From Burkholderiaceae bacterium (GTDB lineage: Bacteria > Pseudomonadota > Gammaproteobacteria > Burkholderiales > Burkholderiaceae): a DNA stretch of 32,000 nucleotides. Under the pieces are notes generated by a model. The model did no database searches, had not been told where the DNA came from, and was given only the letters and a program-made list of their open reading frames with translations. The DNA is taken from contig OZ248347.1 in assembly GCA_965234555.1 (NCBI GenBank), forward strand, positions 216,764 to 248,763, written 5' to 3'. This document shows, piece by piece, positions 30,650 to 32,000 of this stretch (position 1 is the stretch's first letter; every line of letters starts with the position of its first letter). The position numbers and the translations under genes are program-made.

Positions 30650-31414
30650 CTAAGCGTCAATGTGGTACTGGGTTGGATCAGCAACCCCGGCCTCGGCAAA
30701 TCCGGCTTTACGAAGCTGGCAAGACTCGCAGATGCCGCACGCATGACCTTGTGGATTGGCTTGGTAGCAAGAGACCGTTTGGCTGTAGTCAATTCCCATC
30801 TGCAAACCTAGTTGAATGATTTGTGCTTTACTCATTTGAATAATGGGAGCGTGAATACGAAAGCGATTTTGTGGATCAAGTGATTCAACCCCAGCTTTCG
30901 TTGCCAGGTTGGCCATCGTTTCAAAGGAGCGCACATATTCTGGGCGACAGTCAGGATAGCCGGAGTAATCGACGGCATTGGCACCGTAGAAGATGTCTAG
31001 ACTCGAAAGGGATTCAGCCCAAGCAAGCGCAAGCGATAGCATGATGGTATTGCGTGCCGGTACATAGGTAATCGGAATAGCCACTTCCTTACTACTTAAA
31101 TTAGTGCGGTCATTGCTTGTCGGAATATGCAAAGAATGATCGGTTAGAGCAGATCCTCCAAAGCGAGGAAGATCCAGGTGAATGATTTCATGCCGCTCTA
31201 CTCCAAGTGAGTTGGCAATTTGCTTAGCAGCCTCGAGTTCTGAAGAATGCTTTTGCCCATAGTGCACAGAGAGGGCATAACAGCGATAGCCCAGCTGTTT
31301 TGCTAGGGTGAGTATTGTGGTGGAATCAAGCCCGCCTGAGAACAGGACAACTGCCGGCGCATTTATAGATCGTGGCCCGCTGAATTGAAAAGTAGAAGGC
31401 AGGGATTGATTCAC
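30650..31414 (-). CDS. queC: 7-cyano-7-deazaguanine synthase
   Basis: PP-loop [12 protein letters not shown] and the C-terminal zinc cluster C..CG.C.SC ([10 protein letters not shown]). The start is GTG at 31412-31414. Confidence 0.9.
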   Translation of the reverse strand: MNQSLPSTFQFSGPRSINAPAVVLFSGGLDSTTILTLAKQLGYRCYALSVHYGQKHSSELEAAKQIANSLGVERHEIIHLDLPRFGGSALTDHSLHIPTSNDRTNLSSKEVAIPITYVPARNTIMLSLALAWAESLSSLDIFYGANAVDYSGYPDCRPEYVRSFETMANLATKAGVESLDPQNRFRIHAPIIQMSKAQIIQLGLQMGIDYSQTVSCYQANPQGHACGICESCQLRKAGFAEAGVADPTQYHIDA

Positions 31415-31445
31415 GGTGAAAGCAGCAATCGATTACAGCTGGAAT

Positions 31446-32000
31446 TTACTTAATATTCGCCAAAATAGGCTTCGCTTCTTTAGCTACTTCTGAGTCAGGA
31501 TACTTAGCAATGAGATCGGTGAGTAACTTTTTAGCTACAGCCTTTTTTCCAGACTCAAGGTTTGCATTAGCCATGGTCAGCATGGCTGCAGGAACACGCT
31601 GGTGGCCAGGGTAGCGGCTGATAAGACCTTGTAGTTGAGTGATGGCGCCGTTGTAATCTTTCAAGGCATATTTGGTATTACCAGACCACAGTAGTGCTAG
31701 CGGTAAGTAGGGACTAGCAGGGTACTTGCGGATAAAACTAGTGAAATCAGCATCCGCTTTTTTGAGTTGCCCCGCTTGAAAGGACTTAAGTGCGTCGTCA
31801 TAGGCTGCTTTTTCACCAGGCTGAACCACTCCGGTAACGCCCTCTATCTCAACATTTTGAGGCTCAAAGCGCCCAAGCCGTGCATCGAGGTCTTGGTAGT
31901 AGGTTTTTTGATTATTGCTGAGATCATCACTTTGCTTTTGCAGAGTTTCAATTTGACCTCGCAACTGGGCATTCTCCGATTTCAGTTTATCGATCTGATT
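31446..32000 (-). CDS. cpoB: Cell division coordinator CpoB / Tol-Pal protein YbgF (N-terminus outside window)
   Basis: C-terminal TPR repeats with a repeated YP-containing pattern (IRKYPASPY, ISRYPGHQR, IAKYPDSEV). The reading frame stays open to the window edge through a coiled-coil segment (NQIDKLKSENAQLRGQIETLQKQ). Confidence 0.8.
   Translation of the reverse strand, partial: NQIDKLKSENAQLRGQIETLQKQSDDLSNNQKTYYQDLDARLGRFEPQNVEIEGVTGVVQPGEKAAYDDALKSFQAGQLKKADADFTSFIRKYPASPYLPLALLWSGNTKYALKDYNGAITQLQGLISRYPGHQRVPAAMLTMANANLESGKKAVAKKLLTDLIAKYPDSEVAKEAKPILANIK

Overview
The window is almost entirely compact core-genome sequence from a low-GC betaproteobacterium. Gene content and order (fur/bamE/dapB, leuS-lptE-holA-proA, yqgE-ruvX, nusB-ribH-ribBA, queC-cpoB) fit a streamlined Burkholderiales genome such as Polynucleobacter, but that is inference only and no search was possible. 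I support about 38 protein-coding genes, two of them truncated at the window edges. One is a 56-aa rubredoxin that is absent from the supplied ORF track. I found no rRNA, tRNA, CRISPR array, transposase, integrase or phage genes. Three regions do not look like plain housekeeping. (1) A tightly coupled four-gene minor-pilin/pseudopilin cassette (26964-28841) sits between the divergent halves of the riboflavin locus. It contains a 74-aa helix-only prepilin and a PilW-like protein with no prepilin leader. (2) A 508-bp AT-rich non-coding region (23277-23784) lies between gabD and a membrane-anchored lytic transglycosylase gene. It carries a clearly non-random array of TGATTGG/CCAATCA heptamers plus perfect and near-perfect palindromes. 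(3) An orphan barstar-like gene with a long N-terminal extension (263-883). I see no convincing evidence for a large novel multi-gene system. The pilin cassette is the best candidate for something under-described, and the rest are smaller oddities.
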